DNA of 61,622 nt, counting the filler. It is 10 parts of 10 records of this genome, joined end to end, with 100 filler letters (N's around TTAATTAATTAA, not from the genome) between each part and the next. Parts side by side here need not be neighbours in the genome. Positions count along the whole stretch, not along the records: positions 19,742 to 25,130 come from SRR31147125_100911; positions 25,231 to 32,491 come from SRR31147125_101105; 8 more parts are not named here. The stretch is one strand, 5' to 3'. The position numbers were made by a program, and so were the translations under genes. Of this stretch, positions 21,077 to 30,966 are shown piece by piece; position 1 is the first letter of the stretch, and every line of letters starts with the position of its first letter. The notes under the pieces were generated by a model. It saw nothing but the letters and a program-made list of their open reading frames with translations, searched no databases and had not been told where the DNA came from.

Positions 21077-22147
21077 ATGGCAAACATCATCTATGGCGTA
21101 TCCGGCGAAGGATTTGGGCATTCCTCGCGGGCAAGAGAAATGCTCTCACACCTTGAAAAATCCGGCCACACCGTCAAGGTTGTCAGTTATGACAGGGGAT
21201 ACCGGAGCCTCACAGACGAATTCGATGTTTTTGAGACGGAGGGCCTTCACATTACCAGTGCAGACAACAAAGTCTCCATCGGGAAAACTCTCACCGACAA
21301 CATAAAAAAACTACCGAATGGGCATACAAAACTTCGGACTCTTCGCCATGAACTTTTTCAAAAGTTTAAGCCCCATTGCGTTATAACAGACTTTGAGCCA
21401 ATGACTGCTTACCTGGCTCATCACTACAAAATCCCTCTGATTACCATTGATAACCAACACCGCATGCGTTACATGGATTATCCCTACCCGCCGAAGCTCA
21501 AGAAAGAGCGATTAATAACCGAGAGTGTGATCCGAGGCATGGTGCCAAAACCGGATGTTTCGCTGGTCACCTCCTTTTATTTCGGGAAGCCGAAAAACAA
21601 GCGAACCTTTATCTTTCCCCCGATTTTAAGAAAAGAAGTCCTGGCACTTGAACCCAAAAAAGGAAACCATATTTTGGTTTACCTGACCAGTGGGTTTGAA
21701 TCGTTTCTTGAGTTATTAAAAGATTTCACTCGCGAACAGTTTGTGGTCTACGGTTATAATCGAGATGAGCAGGTGGGAAACTTCACGTACAAAGCTCCCA
21801 GTAAAGAGGGGTTTTTAGCAGACCTTTCATCTTGCAAGGCGGTTATGGCGACGGCAGGGTTTACCCTGATGACAGAATCTCTTTATCTGCGTAAGCCCTA
21901 CCTGGCACTGCCGATGCGTGGTCAGTTTGAACAGGAGCTTAATGGCCACCTTCTGGAAAAGCTGCATTACGGGGCGAATGTACGCCGAATCAGCTCAGAA
22001 GCCATTGGCAATTTTCTTTATCAAACCCCCGATTTTTCAGAGCGGTTAAAAGAGTATCGTGCAGAGGATAACAGTGCTATTACCGCTAAGCTCGATGAAC
22101 TTTTGATGGATAATGGCGCTCTGATTAAAAAACAACGCTGTAAATGA
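21077..22147 (+). CDS. MJ1255/VC2487-family glycosyltransferase
   Basis: IIYGVSGEGFGHSSR, ITDFEP, IDNQH, TAGFTLMTE and GQFEQELN. Confidence 0.9.
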   Translation: MANIIYGVSGEGFGHSSRAREMLSHLEKSGHTVKVVSYDRGYRSLTDEFDVFETEGLHITSADNKVSIGKTLTDNIKKLPNGHTKLRTLRHELFQKFKPHCVITDFEPMTAYLAHHYKIPLITIDNQHRMRYMDYPYPPKLKKERLITESVIRGMVPKPDVSLVTSFYFGKPKNKRTFIFPPILRKEVLALEPKKGNHILVYLTSGFESFLELLKDFTREQFVVYGYNRDEQVGNFTYKAPSKEGFLADLSSCKAVMATAGFTLMTESLYLRKPYLALPMRGQFEQELNGHLLEKLHYGANVRRISSEAIGNFLYQTPDFSERLKEYRAEDNSAITAKLDELLMDNGALIKKQRCK

Positions 22148-22362
22148 CTTTGGGAATCCGTTTAACAATTGAATGTCCCTGGCCCGGTTTATTCCTCCCC
22201 AACTTGCAATCTTTCAAGCCCGTCCCCGGCCGCCCCGGCCCTCTAGTGTGGATGGGATCCTTTAAAGCACCCTTTTCGACCATATGATATTATTTATTAT
22301 GTCCTTCGGTTTGAGACCGCAAGCTTTGTTGCTGTAGCACTTCAAACTCTTATTAAATATGG

Positions 22363-23527
22363 ATGGAGACCATGCTGAAGTTTCTCAGAAACAACTGGCA
22401 TTCTGAACCGGGAGAGCCATTTGAGAAAGCCAGGATCCTTAGCCATGAGATTCACCCGGAGGGGCTGGATGTTAATCGGATCCGGTTTTTAGATGCAGGA
22501 GACTTTATGCCAGCATCGAATGTCGGTCACATCATTAGCATTATGCGGGGCCAAGGGCTATTGCATGTTACAAGTGACAGCAGAAGTCCTTTTCATGTGC
22601 AGGCCGGAGTCCACCTTTATCTCCCTCCAGGCCTTGAGAGTAGCTTAGCCTTTGAATGTGGCAGCGAACTTTTACAAGTTTCTACTGCAACAGCTTCGCA
22701 GGCTCGCGGCAAGCATATGTTGTTACGTGACGAAACGTTTATTGCAGCTTGTTCCCCCGGGCCTTGCTCGCTTCGCTGGTCCTTGACCCCACAGTACTTA
22801 AGTCGGCGGATATTTTTGCACCACGACCGGATTCTATTATCAAAAGCAGGAAATCCGGTTTCCTGGTATCGGACCACCATGTTTGATGTGGGTGGACTTC
22901 CTGAAAACCAGGAGGGAGAACCGGTTTTCAAAATGTCTTACAACTCCAGAACGGAGTTCAACGTCTGCTACGAAGTGAAAGGGGCTGCCCGCGTGCGTAT
23001 GGCACTACACCCATATAAACAGGAAGATCAACTTTGGGGTCCGTGGATGCGGCTGGATAATGATTCGACCTATCATTTGAATGAGGCTTTTGGCAGCCCC
23101 GAGGAAGAATGTTTTATTGACAAGGTGACTCAAGAGCCCAGATATTTGCGCAACAAGCACGAGGTCTACATCTTTGATGGCCATGTGACACTCTTCTGCA
23201 TGTTTGATCCGGCACCCACTGGTGTCGAAAATCATATTCCTGGTGAGTACAGCGACTATGTTCCGCTGTCACAGGTGCTTGGGAGGCGAGCAATACATAG
23301 CTCATCAGCGAGAGATATCGAGATACGATGAGATGGTGGATCGGCTTTCAATTGCCAAGGCAACGGGTACTTTGGACTCGTTTCATGGGACTCCGCTCTG
23401 GGATATATTCATGCACGGTCGTAATGCGCAAATGGGGCTGGAATCAGAGCTTGTAAAATGTCTCGTTGCCGAAGGTCATGGTCGCGAGCGGATTCTGGCG
23501 GGTTGGATGCAGAGTGAAAACATTTAA
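22363..23527 (+). CDS. hypothetical cupin protein with an ectoine-synthase (EctC)-like domain; probable frameshift near 23283
   Basis: YLSRR, TT, YNSRTE, TYHL, KH and LFCMFDPAPTGVENH reproduce the EctC motif order; overlapping ORF 23204-23527 gives a plausible C-terminus. Confidence 0.6.
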
Positions 23528-23945
23528 TGGGGCCGCCGCTTCCTGGTACCGTTTCCTTAAATTTATACGACCACTTCTTTGGAGATGAAGTTCACAGAGG
23601 TGTGGAAGAAATGTTTGCGGTGAACTGAGGTTGGACACAAGACCTGACACCCCATGTTTTTTCTGAATCTCCATTAAATCGAGAGCTAGCCGTAAAGACT
23701 CAACTTTGCAAGTCTAACACTGTGCGCTGAAACTCGTGTTGTCCCGCTCCAACCAGGTTCGAGTCTGATTTGGCTCCCCGAGTCGGACAAATCTGGGCGC
23801 TGGGAAGATTTACTTGATATTTCTTGTCTATAAGTCCTTAGGACTTGTTGGAATCAGTTATAGCGCAACTTATAAGAATTCACCTCTTTGAAGGGTTAAT
23901 TATCGACCGACAAGCACTGAGGAAAAGCAAGGCCCAAAGTTTCAT

Positions 23946-24133
23946 GCAAGCTGTTTACTTAGCGTGTTGAGAACTTATTTTGACAAACAGAAAATCCCCT
24001 TAAGTTCAACCACTTAGGGGGATTCGCTTTTCTGGAGAAGACTCCAGCGCTCTCTACGCAGCTAAATGCCTAAAATACAGCCGCTTTTTGCTGTCCGTGG
24101 AGTCTTTTTCAAGACTATAAGTAAACGGCTTGC
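23946..24133. mobile_element. putative MITE (188 bp, non-coding)
   Basis: 28-bp terminal inverted repeat with 23/28 matches (GCAAGCTGTTTACTTAGCGTGTTGAGAA / TTTTCAAGACTATAAGTAAACGGCTTGC) and two internal hairpins. Confidence 0.5.
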
Positions 24134-24233
24134 TGTTTCATGGGGGACCTTTTAAACGTTCTATTTATCGTGATTTATGAGACAGAAGGTTTTCGTTCTG
24201 TGCAGCGTTATGTTGCCCACGCAGCACCGCAGG

Positions 24234-25091
24234 TTATTGTGGCGTTACCGTTGCTGGGGAAGAATTTGGCTTGATGAGTTGCAACTCGTTCTGTTTGCGG
24301 AATTTGGCTATTTCCTTTTTGACAATACTGTCATAGTCGATATTCATTCCTGTTACAGCTTTATTATAACGGCGAAACAAGTTCTCTCCTTTAGGGGAGT
24401 TTTTATGAAAAACGTAATAGTGAAGAATAGGTTTAGCCGGGATATCCAGTATCCGAATTTTATTTTCAACATTATCCACAACAGCCTGATATTCAATGGT
24501 ATACCGGTTCAGTTCAAATACGGCATCAATCCGGTTCACCAAAAGTTTTGAAAGATTGCGGCTGGTCCAGTCGCTGCCGGAAAGATCCTCAATGATAATC
24601 TTATCCTGATTGTTTTTTATTAACGGAGGATATCGTAACTCGAGCAACTTTACAAAACCAATGCGGTATCCGCTGATGTCGTCGATTGTTGTTACGCTTT
24701 TCAACGGATTATCTGCTCTCACGGCAAGACATGGAAAGCCGACAAAATAAGCCTCTTTCGGATAATATAAATAAGGTATTAAAAGCGGTGATTTGGCAGT
24801 TAGAATCGTCCCGTCTATCGTTTCCCCACCCTCTTTTTGATATTTGCCAAGGCGGGATAAAGGGAGTGGACCGATCCAGTCGACGGTGCATCCCATTCTC
24901 GCGGCAATTGCATTAAAAAGCTCAATTGACGGTCCTTCCGGTGTGACGCCGTCATCAGCAACGGTAGCATGGGGAGGAACCGTGAACCAAGCCATCCGGA
25001 TGCTTTCAGCTTTCAGTGGACCTACGAAGGCCAGACTCCCCAAAAGAAAAATAACCGTAAAACTTGCGATCTCTTTTATCTGCCTGATCAT
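24234..25091 (-). CDS. periplasmic substrate-binding protein (family 3-like)
   Basis: Signal peptide, PPH, LPLSR, GYRIG and KLLVNRIDA motifs typical of the SBP_bac_3-like fold. Confidence 0.75.
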   Translation of the reverse strand: MIRQIKEIASFTVIFLLGSLAFVGPLKAESIRMAWFTVPPHATVADDGVTPEGPSIELFNAIAARMGCTVDWIGPLPLSRLGKYQKEGGETIDGTILTAKSPLLIPYLYYPKEAYFVGFPCLAVRADNPLKSVTTIDDISGYRIGFVKLLELRYPPLIKNNQDKIIIEDLSGSDWTSRNLSKLLVNRIDAVFELNRYTIEYQAVVDNVENKIRILDIPAKPILHYYVFHKNSPKGENLFRRYNKAVTGMNIDYDSIVKKEIAKFRKQNELQLIKPNSSPATVTPQ

Positions 25092-25130
25092 TTAAATTGT
25101 TTTGATCCATCGTGAAGGGGAGAAATCCCC

Positions 25131-25230
25131 NNNNNNNNNNNNNNNNNNNNNNNNNNNNNNNNNNNNNNNNNNNNTTAATTAATTAANNNNNNNNNNNNNN
25201 NNNNNNNNNNNNNNNNNNNNNNNNNNNNNN
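25131..25230. other. artificial contig-joining spacer
   Basis: N44-TTAATTAATTAA-N44. Confidence 0.98.
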
Positions 25231-25333
25231 GGAGACAGTTTAAGGTTAGATTGACCTCAGAACTATCTGGTATCTTTAAAAGTCTTTTTGTTTACTCGCA
25301 ATCAAAATTCCGTTATTTAATCCATAACATCGT

Positions 25334-25388
25334 TTTCAAATCGTAAAACAATGTTTCAAATCGTAAATAAATACATTCAAAATCGTAA
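25334..25388. promoter_or_regulatory. three phased direct repeats, probable AraC-family operator
   Basis: TTTCAAATCGTAAA x2 plus TTCAAAATCGTAA; AATCGTAA cores at 25339, 25359 and 25381. Confidence 0.55.
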
Positions 25389-25420
25389 TTTTGTATATCC
25401 TTGGATGAATTGATAAAAAA

Positions 25421-26586
25421 ATGATAATATCTGCAGCACTTTTATCTCCTATATTTATTTCGCTTTTTTGGCTAATTATTTTGGTGGTACAAGAACAACA
25501 TTGGACTCAAAAATCGAAGAAATATCTTGCAGTTTTTATGATTAATGCATTTTGTCTTTATTCTTCCCATGCGGTATTTTTTAACCATCAGTATATTTTA
25601 TATTCTTATGTAGAAAGTGTATACCTTGTTGCTATGCTATCGGCTTATCCGCTTTTTTATACTTATTTGCTGATATTAGCAAACCAAAAAATTAATTGGA
25701 AAAAGCGATTTTTGCATTTTATTCCTGCATTAATTTTCTCAGTTTTTTCATGTTCGCTTACGCTGTATATGAATGAAACAGAACGTATTTTGTATGTGCA
25801 GGATACGTTAATTGCTCAAAATCTTAAAGGCTTAATTTTTTCTTCTCCCCAAGGCGTTAAAGGAGGAATACTATTATTGGGTAGATTAACTTTCTTTATT
25901 CAGGTTTTTGTTTACGCATACTTAGGTATTAGGCTTATAAATTCGCATAACACCCGAATAAGTAATTATTATTCGAATGTTGAAGGGAAAACTTTGAAGT
26001 GGGCAAAACAAATGCATTTTGCTATTTTAGGTGTGGCTGTTAGTAGTGCCATCTTTACCTTGATTGGGCGAAGCTTTTTTCCAAACACGAGTTAAGTTTG
26101 TTAATTCCTTCAATAATATTTAGTACCATATTGTTTATTATTGGATTGAAAGGAAGCGAACAGGTACAAGTGAAAGAAGAATTTGTTGAAATTGAGGAAA
26201 CAGAAAAGGAGTTTGTTGAAATTAAAATTTCGCAAGAGGGAATGTTGAAGACTCAGCTGCTTTCCTTATTTGATAAGGAATGTATTTTTAAACAACCCGA
26301 TTTAAGAATTACGACCATTTCGGAGAAATTGAATACAAACCGGACATATATTTCCCGACTTATTAACGAAGAATTCAATATGAATTTTAATGAGTTTGTG
26401 AATAAGTATAGAATAAATGAAGCGAAGATTTTGCTGGCAAATAACGATCATAAGCAATACACAATGGACTTTGTGGCCGAAAAATCAGGGTTTGGTTCTA
26501 TTGCTTCTTTTTCGCGTGTATTTAAAGATATTGAAGGTTTAACACCAGGCAAGTTTCGCGAGAATCAACTTAATGGCAACTCTTAA
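25421..26586 (+). CDS. membrane-anchored AraC-family transcriptional regulator; frameshift near 26078
   Basis: Multi-TM N-terminus (LHFIPA), then TNRTYISRLIN, FVNKYRI and SGFGSIASFSRVFK...GLTP helix-turn-helix. Confidence 0.88.
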
Positions 26587-26587
26587 T

Positions 26588-27321
26588 TTATTTATTGGCT
26601 AATTTAAGGCGACTTATTACCGATTTTAGATCGAAATCGTCGGGAACGGGTATCTTTATTTCGTGCGAATGGCGCCATGTTAAATCGGTGTAATAATATA
26701 CCAAATGAATTCCACGAAACGGTTTCTTAATTTCTTTTACTTTCGAAAGTCCCGACATAGGATAATCCCAGTTGTGAAAATAACCATTGAAATAGGCATA
26801 TTTCTCGCCAATTAGAATCTGTCCGTCGCCTTTCGCATTTTTCCTGTAAAAATACCAGGGAAAGAATTTTGATATGAAAAAGATGAAAACAACGATTGAA
26901 ATTATAATCAAAGCAAAACCACCCCGTTCATCATCTTCAAGAAAAAGAGCATTGAACCTCCAATTATGGCAAAGAAAATACCTACAATCCACATTAAAGC
27001 ATTATTTCTCTCTTTATAATATTTCTTTAATTCAGTGGCATATTGTTGCACCATTTCAGCGTTTAACTGGAGGTGTGCCAGAAGTTTGTCGCCGGTTTGC
27101 AAATTGTCCATTTTTCGGGCTCGGCGGGCAAATAGTATTGTGAGTACAAAAAATGTAATGGTAAGAAAAATACCTAAAAAAGCGAGTGCCCACGCGCCGG
27201 AGGCAAAATGTCCGTCAACAAAAGGCGCAAAGGCCATAATTGCTGCAATAACCAACAAAACATTAAAAGTTCGGGCGGTTGTGCGTTGTTTGTTTTTTAT
27301 TCCTGAAATAAGTTCTTTCAT
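26588..27321 (-). CDS. hypothetical membrane protein (about 4 TM); frameshift near 26950
   Basis: Overlapping ORFs 26908-27321 and 26588-26992; starts 5 nt downstream of the AIM24 gene. Confidence 0.7.
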
Positions 27322-27325
27322 AGGT

Positions 27326-28117
27326 TTATTTGCTTATCCTTAAAATGTTACTGTTAATGGTTCGTACTGTATGAATTAATGTGTTGAAATAATTATCGAC
27401 AGGTGCAATTAACACCTTTCCGGTTCCCGAGAAAGTATTCACCAAACCTTCGCCGGAAATTACGGTAGAAAAAATACCACTGGTTGCTTTGGTAACTTTT
27501 AATTCAATTCCCGAAGTACGTGCCACAGCAAAACTACCATCAACTACCAGTTTATCGTTTACCAGCTCAATTTCCTGCAGCGGGCCGGCAGAGGTAATAA
27601 TTACTTTTCCTGTTCCGGCAACAACAGTTTGAAACCACTTTTCGCCCGAAAACATGGCGCTAATTGCGCGGTTGGTATAGGCGCCAATTTCAATGCTTAA
27701 TTCAGATGCATAATAAGCTCCCTGGTCGAGAATCCACTCGTCGTTTTCAAGATCAAGTATGGTAAACTCTCCAAACGAAGGTGTAAGAAACACAGTTCCG
27801 GTGCCACTTATAACAGGTTTAACTACCTTTTCTTTGGTAATCATCGATTTAAAAATGCTGCCAACACCCGGTAAATCCGATTGTAATTCAAGATTACCTT
27901 TCATGTAATGCATGGCTCCGGCTTCGTACCGGAAAGCTGCATTTTCCAAATCAACTTGCACCATATTTAGGCGTTCTTTTGTAACCACATCGAAGGTTAC
28001 TTTTCCGGCAGGTTGTTGCGGGGCTTGTGTTTGCGCTTGCCCCACTTTATTTCCGCAACTACCACAAAAAGCAGCACCGGCTTTTATTTCATTTCCACAT
28101 TTTGAACAGAATGGCAT
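27326..28117 (-). CDS. zinc-ribbon + AIM24 (DUF124) family protein
   Basis: MPFCSKCG...FCGSCG; EAGAMHYMKG, GTGTVFL, DQGAYYASE, LVVDGSFAVAR, SGEGLVNTFSGTGKV. Confidence 0.88.
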   Translation of the reverse strand: MPFCSKCGNEIKAGAAFCGSCGNKVGQAQTQAPQQPAGKVTFDVVTKERLNMVQVDLENAAFRYEAGAMHYMKGNLELQSDLPGVGSIFKSMITKEKVVKPVISGTGTVFLTPSFGEFTILDLENDEWILDQGAYYASELSIEIGAYTNRAISAMFSGEKWFQTVVAGTGKVIITSAGPLQEIELVNDKLVVDGSFAVARTSGIELKVTKATSGIFSTVISGEGLVNTFSGTGKVLIAPVDNYFNTLIHTVRTINSNILRISK

Positions 28118-28121
28118 AGTG

Positions 28122-30941
28122 TTATTTTAGAATTATATTAAATGTGATTGAATTGGAAAATGGAAATTTACTATTCTCTTTTTTGTCGCTTGCCGATGAA
28201 TCATTTTCACCGATATAATATTTCCCATTCTCTGTTACAGCAAAAATATTATAGGGAGCTTCCATCTTTGAGGTATTTCTTGCTAAAAATAAATCGTAAG
28301 TTGCTCTGCTAGTATAGCTATAGCCCTGTATTATTTTGGCATAATCATTACCTCCCCACGAGGATGCATTTACTATCTCTTTTTCTGTAAGTCGACCATT
28401 GCTGTTATATTTCATAGTGCCAACTTTAACTGATCTACCATCGGAACCAATGGTGTTGCCTTTCGACTCTATTATTTTTACAAGTTGTTCTACATTCAAC
28501 TGGCCACTTAAAATAATATTGCCAGTTTTTAAAACATATCCATCGTACAATGAGCTACCTTTTTTTTCATATATGTTTTCAAAGGTCTGACCGCCTAAAG
28601 TCTTAGTAAAATTCCCTTCTTTGTTTACCTGAATTTCAATATCTCTGATAGTGCCAATAATTTTTAGTGGGTCATTTACACCATATTTCGAAATTATCGC
28701 TTTTTGCTGAGTGTGTTCATGTGAAAGAATTATGCTTCCAACTTGAATTTCAGGCTCATCGTCGTTCAGGTAAACGGTTATGCCTTTGAGGTCAAATTCA
28801 AATTCTTTTTCAAAAATAGGCTCATCATCATCAGGCACATCTTCAGGGTCGTAAACTTCTACTCTGTATGGTTCTCCTGCCAGAACAAAGCCTAAAACAG
28901 TACACGAAGTTTTTATGGCACCACGCTTGTTTAATTTTCCGGTCCACTGTTTTTTATCGGCTTCCTTGTCTAAAGGTCTTATACAAATAATATGGTTGGC
29001 ATAATCGGCTTTTTCTCCCGGGGCAAGGTCTTCCATAATGGTAATTGGTACAACTGTGTTAACTTCTTTCTGAATTTCAGTTAAGTCCTTAATGAGTTCC
29101 TCTTTCATTTTACGTATTCGGTAAACATTCAGCGAGTTAAAAACCGGGTAAAGTTTATCTATTAATTGTTGCTTGCCTTCTTGTTGAATTTTAGTTACAT
29201 CAGCTTTGTTGGGCCAGGCAACACTTTTTTTACCAGCTTCTCCTGCCAGTGCATTAAACTCTACCGTATTTTCATTATCGGTACCTAATCTAACTTTTTC
29301 AATAAATTCTTTTGAATAGGCGTCAATCTCCTTCATTATCAAATCGCTGGCCTCTTGCGGATTTTTTTGATATTGTTTTTCGGTTTCTATAAAAAATGCC
29401 CGCCATTCTTTTAAGCTTCGGCGGTGCGAATTCTGGGTACGGTTGTAATAATTGTAAACATCGAATAGTTCTTTATACCTCGATGCCATTGCGGCCTCGC
29501 CAAATTTGGTTAAAGAATAGTCGATAAAATAAACACCAACAAAAGCCAGGTTAAGCGACGAAATATTTAGTTCGGCCACCATTTGGTTCATTAAATTTTT
29601 GGTAAGATTAATGGCCGCTTTTTTCTGGTCGCCGCGCCATAAATCGTAAGCAAGTTGTACGGTACTTGCAACATAACCGGCATTTTTAAACTTATCGTTT
29701 AGCCCGTCGATAAAATCGGTTGAATATTTTCCACCTAAAGTAAGTGTGTTTATAGCCGCTCCACTGTGTCCTGAAAATTCACCCCAAAAACTTAAACCTT
29801 TACTTAAGGCTTCTTCTCCAAGCGATTTACCACCAGAATAATACTTTTCGAGAATATCCAGGTGGAGGTCTTTTTTATCCTGCGTAAAATATCTGTCGGG
29901 AATATAGAAACCACTTATGTAAGCACGTCGTTTATTTTCGTTTTTTACTGTAAACACCCCATAACGACTCAAATGATCGGTATAAATATTTACCAATTTA
30001 TTTTTGGTGTCGAGATCGTATAAAACAGGCTCCCATTTTTTCGTTTTTGGGTTGTAGTACTGTGGAGCTACGCATTCTTCTGCTTTCCCGTTTTTAATAA
30101 TCGATTCGTTGTACGGTAACGAAATGGTTATATAGTCATCAAACTGACTCTTTCCTTTTAAATCAATGTCGTAGGCAACAACCGAGCATTCTCCATTAAT
30201 GTCTTGTTCTGTATATTCTTCAACATTTACCGATGTTTCTTTGTCAAGAATAAACTGGCCAAAATCAACTTTTACCTTTTTGAATTCAGCAACAGTGTTT
30301 TCTTCCGAAACCTTAAGTGTTTCTTTTGAAATTGGTTTACCTTTTATTTTTACCGGAATTTCAATTCCAAGTTCTTTTTTGTCTTTCGACAATTTTTTTC
30401 GGTTTTCAGGCAAATGGCTAACGTCGCCATCTTCAATATCCACAATACCATCTACACCTTCGGTATTAAGCTTTTCTGTTTTTCGCTCTGCTTTATAATC
30501 GTCCCACCAATCGGTAGTGTAATAAAGCACAGTAATCAAAGCCGCCAATAATAAAATCAGAATTAAAAGAGTTTTGAAAAAACATCCCACACAACCGCGC
30601 TTCTTTTTCTGAGGAGCTTGATTTACAGGGGGCTGTGATGGAGTGGGAGGAACCTGTTTTGTTTCCGTAGGTTTTGGACCACCACTAATAATTTTTCGGC
30701 CTTCTTTTGTAAATTTTTCTTCCTTTACCGGTTCCGGCTCTGGTTGTTTCTGAGGTTCCGGTTTCGGCATAACATTTCCGGTAACCGGAGTTCCGCAGCC
30801 CGAACAGAATTTTTCATTTTCGTCTAACTCTTTTCCACACTTCGAACAGAGGTTCTGAGTTGCTGACTGGTCTTTCCCGCATTTGCCACAAAAACGGGCA
30901 CCGTCGGAAAGTTCGTTTCCACATTGTGTACAGAAAGGCAT
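28122..30941 (-). CDS. double zinc-ribbon, single-TM protein with a large C-terminal domain
   Basis: Four CxxC pairs, Pro-rich linker, TM helix LLILILLLAALITVLYY, then a ZU5-like segment ending TDHLSRYGVF. Confidence 0.8.
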   Translation of the reverse strand: MPFCTQCGNELSDGARFCGKCGKDQSATQNLCSKCGKELDENEKFCSGCGTPVTGNVMPKPEPQKQPEPEPVKEEKFTKEGRKIISGGPKPTETKQVPPTPSQPPVNQAPQKKKRGCVGCFFKTLLILILLLAALITVLYYTTDWWDDYKAERKTEKLNTEGVDGIVDIEDGDVSHLPENRKKLSKDKKELGIEIPVKIKGKPISKETLKVSEENTVAEFKKVKVDFGQFILDKETSVNVEEYTEQDINGECSVVAYDIDLKGKSQFDDYITISLPYNESIIKNGKAEECVAPQYYNPKTKKWEPVLYDLDTKNKLVNIYTDHLSRYGVFTVKNENKRRAYISGFYIPDRYFTQDKKDLHLDILEKYYSGGKSLGEEALSKGLSFWGEFSGHSGAAINTLTLGGKYSTDFIDGLNDKFKNAGYVASTVQLAYDLWRGDQKKAAINLTKNLMNQMVAELNISSLNLAFVGVYFIDYSLTKFGEAAMASRYKELFDVYNYYNRTQNSHRRSLKEWRAFFIETEKQYQKNPQEASDLIMKEIDAYSKEFIEKVRLGTDNENTVEFNALAGEAGKKSVAWPNKADVTKIQQEGKQQLIDKLYPVFNSLNVYRIRKMKEELIKDLTEIQKEVNTVVPITIMEDLAPGEKADYANHIICIRPLDKEADKKQWTGKLNKRGAIKTSCTVLGFVLAGEPYRVEVYDPEDVPDDDEPIFEKEFEFDLKGITVYLNDDEPEIQVGSIILSHEHTQQKAIISKYGVNDPLKIIGTIRDIEIQVNKEGNFTKTLGGQTFENIYEKKGSSLYDGYVLKTGNIILSGQLNVEQLVKIIESKGNTIGSDGRSVKVGTMKYNSNGRLTEKEIVNASSWGGNDYAKIIQGYSYTSRATYDLFLARNTSKMEAPYNIFAVTENGKYYIGENDSSASDKKENSKFPFSNSITFNIILK

Positions 30942-30966
30942 ATTAATATTTTTGGTTTGTTAATCG

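Noticed and set aside
23756-23790. GGTTCGAG and TGGCTCCCCG resembling a tRNA T-loop, 3' end or att site
   Set aside because: No cloverleaf can be built on either strand and no integrase is nearby; at most a decayed att-like remnant.
24053-24067. Minus-strand HLAA-stop resembling a tmRNA tag end
   Set aside because: No tmRNA 5' GGGG or 3' CCA tRNA-like domain or resume-codon context was found.
28122-28740. Possible swapped, polymorphic-toxin-like C-terminus of the 939-aa protein
   Set aside because: Spot GC counts showed no clear compositional break, and no toxin motif or immunity gene was recognised.
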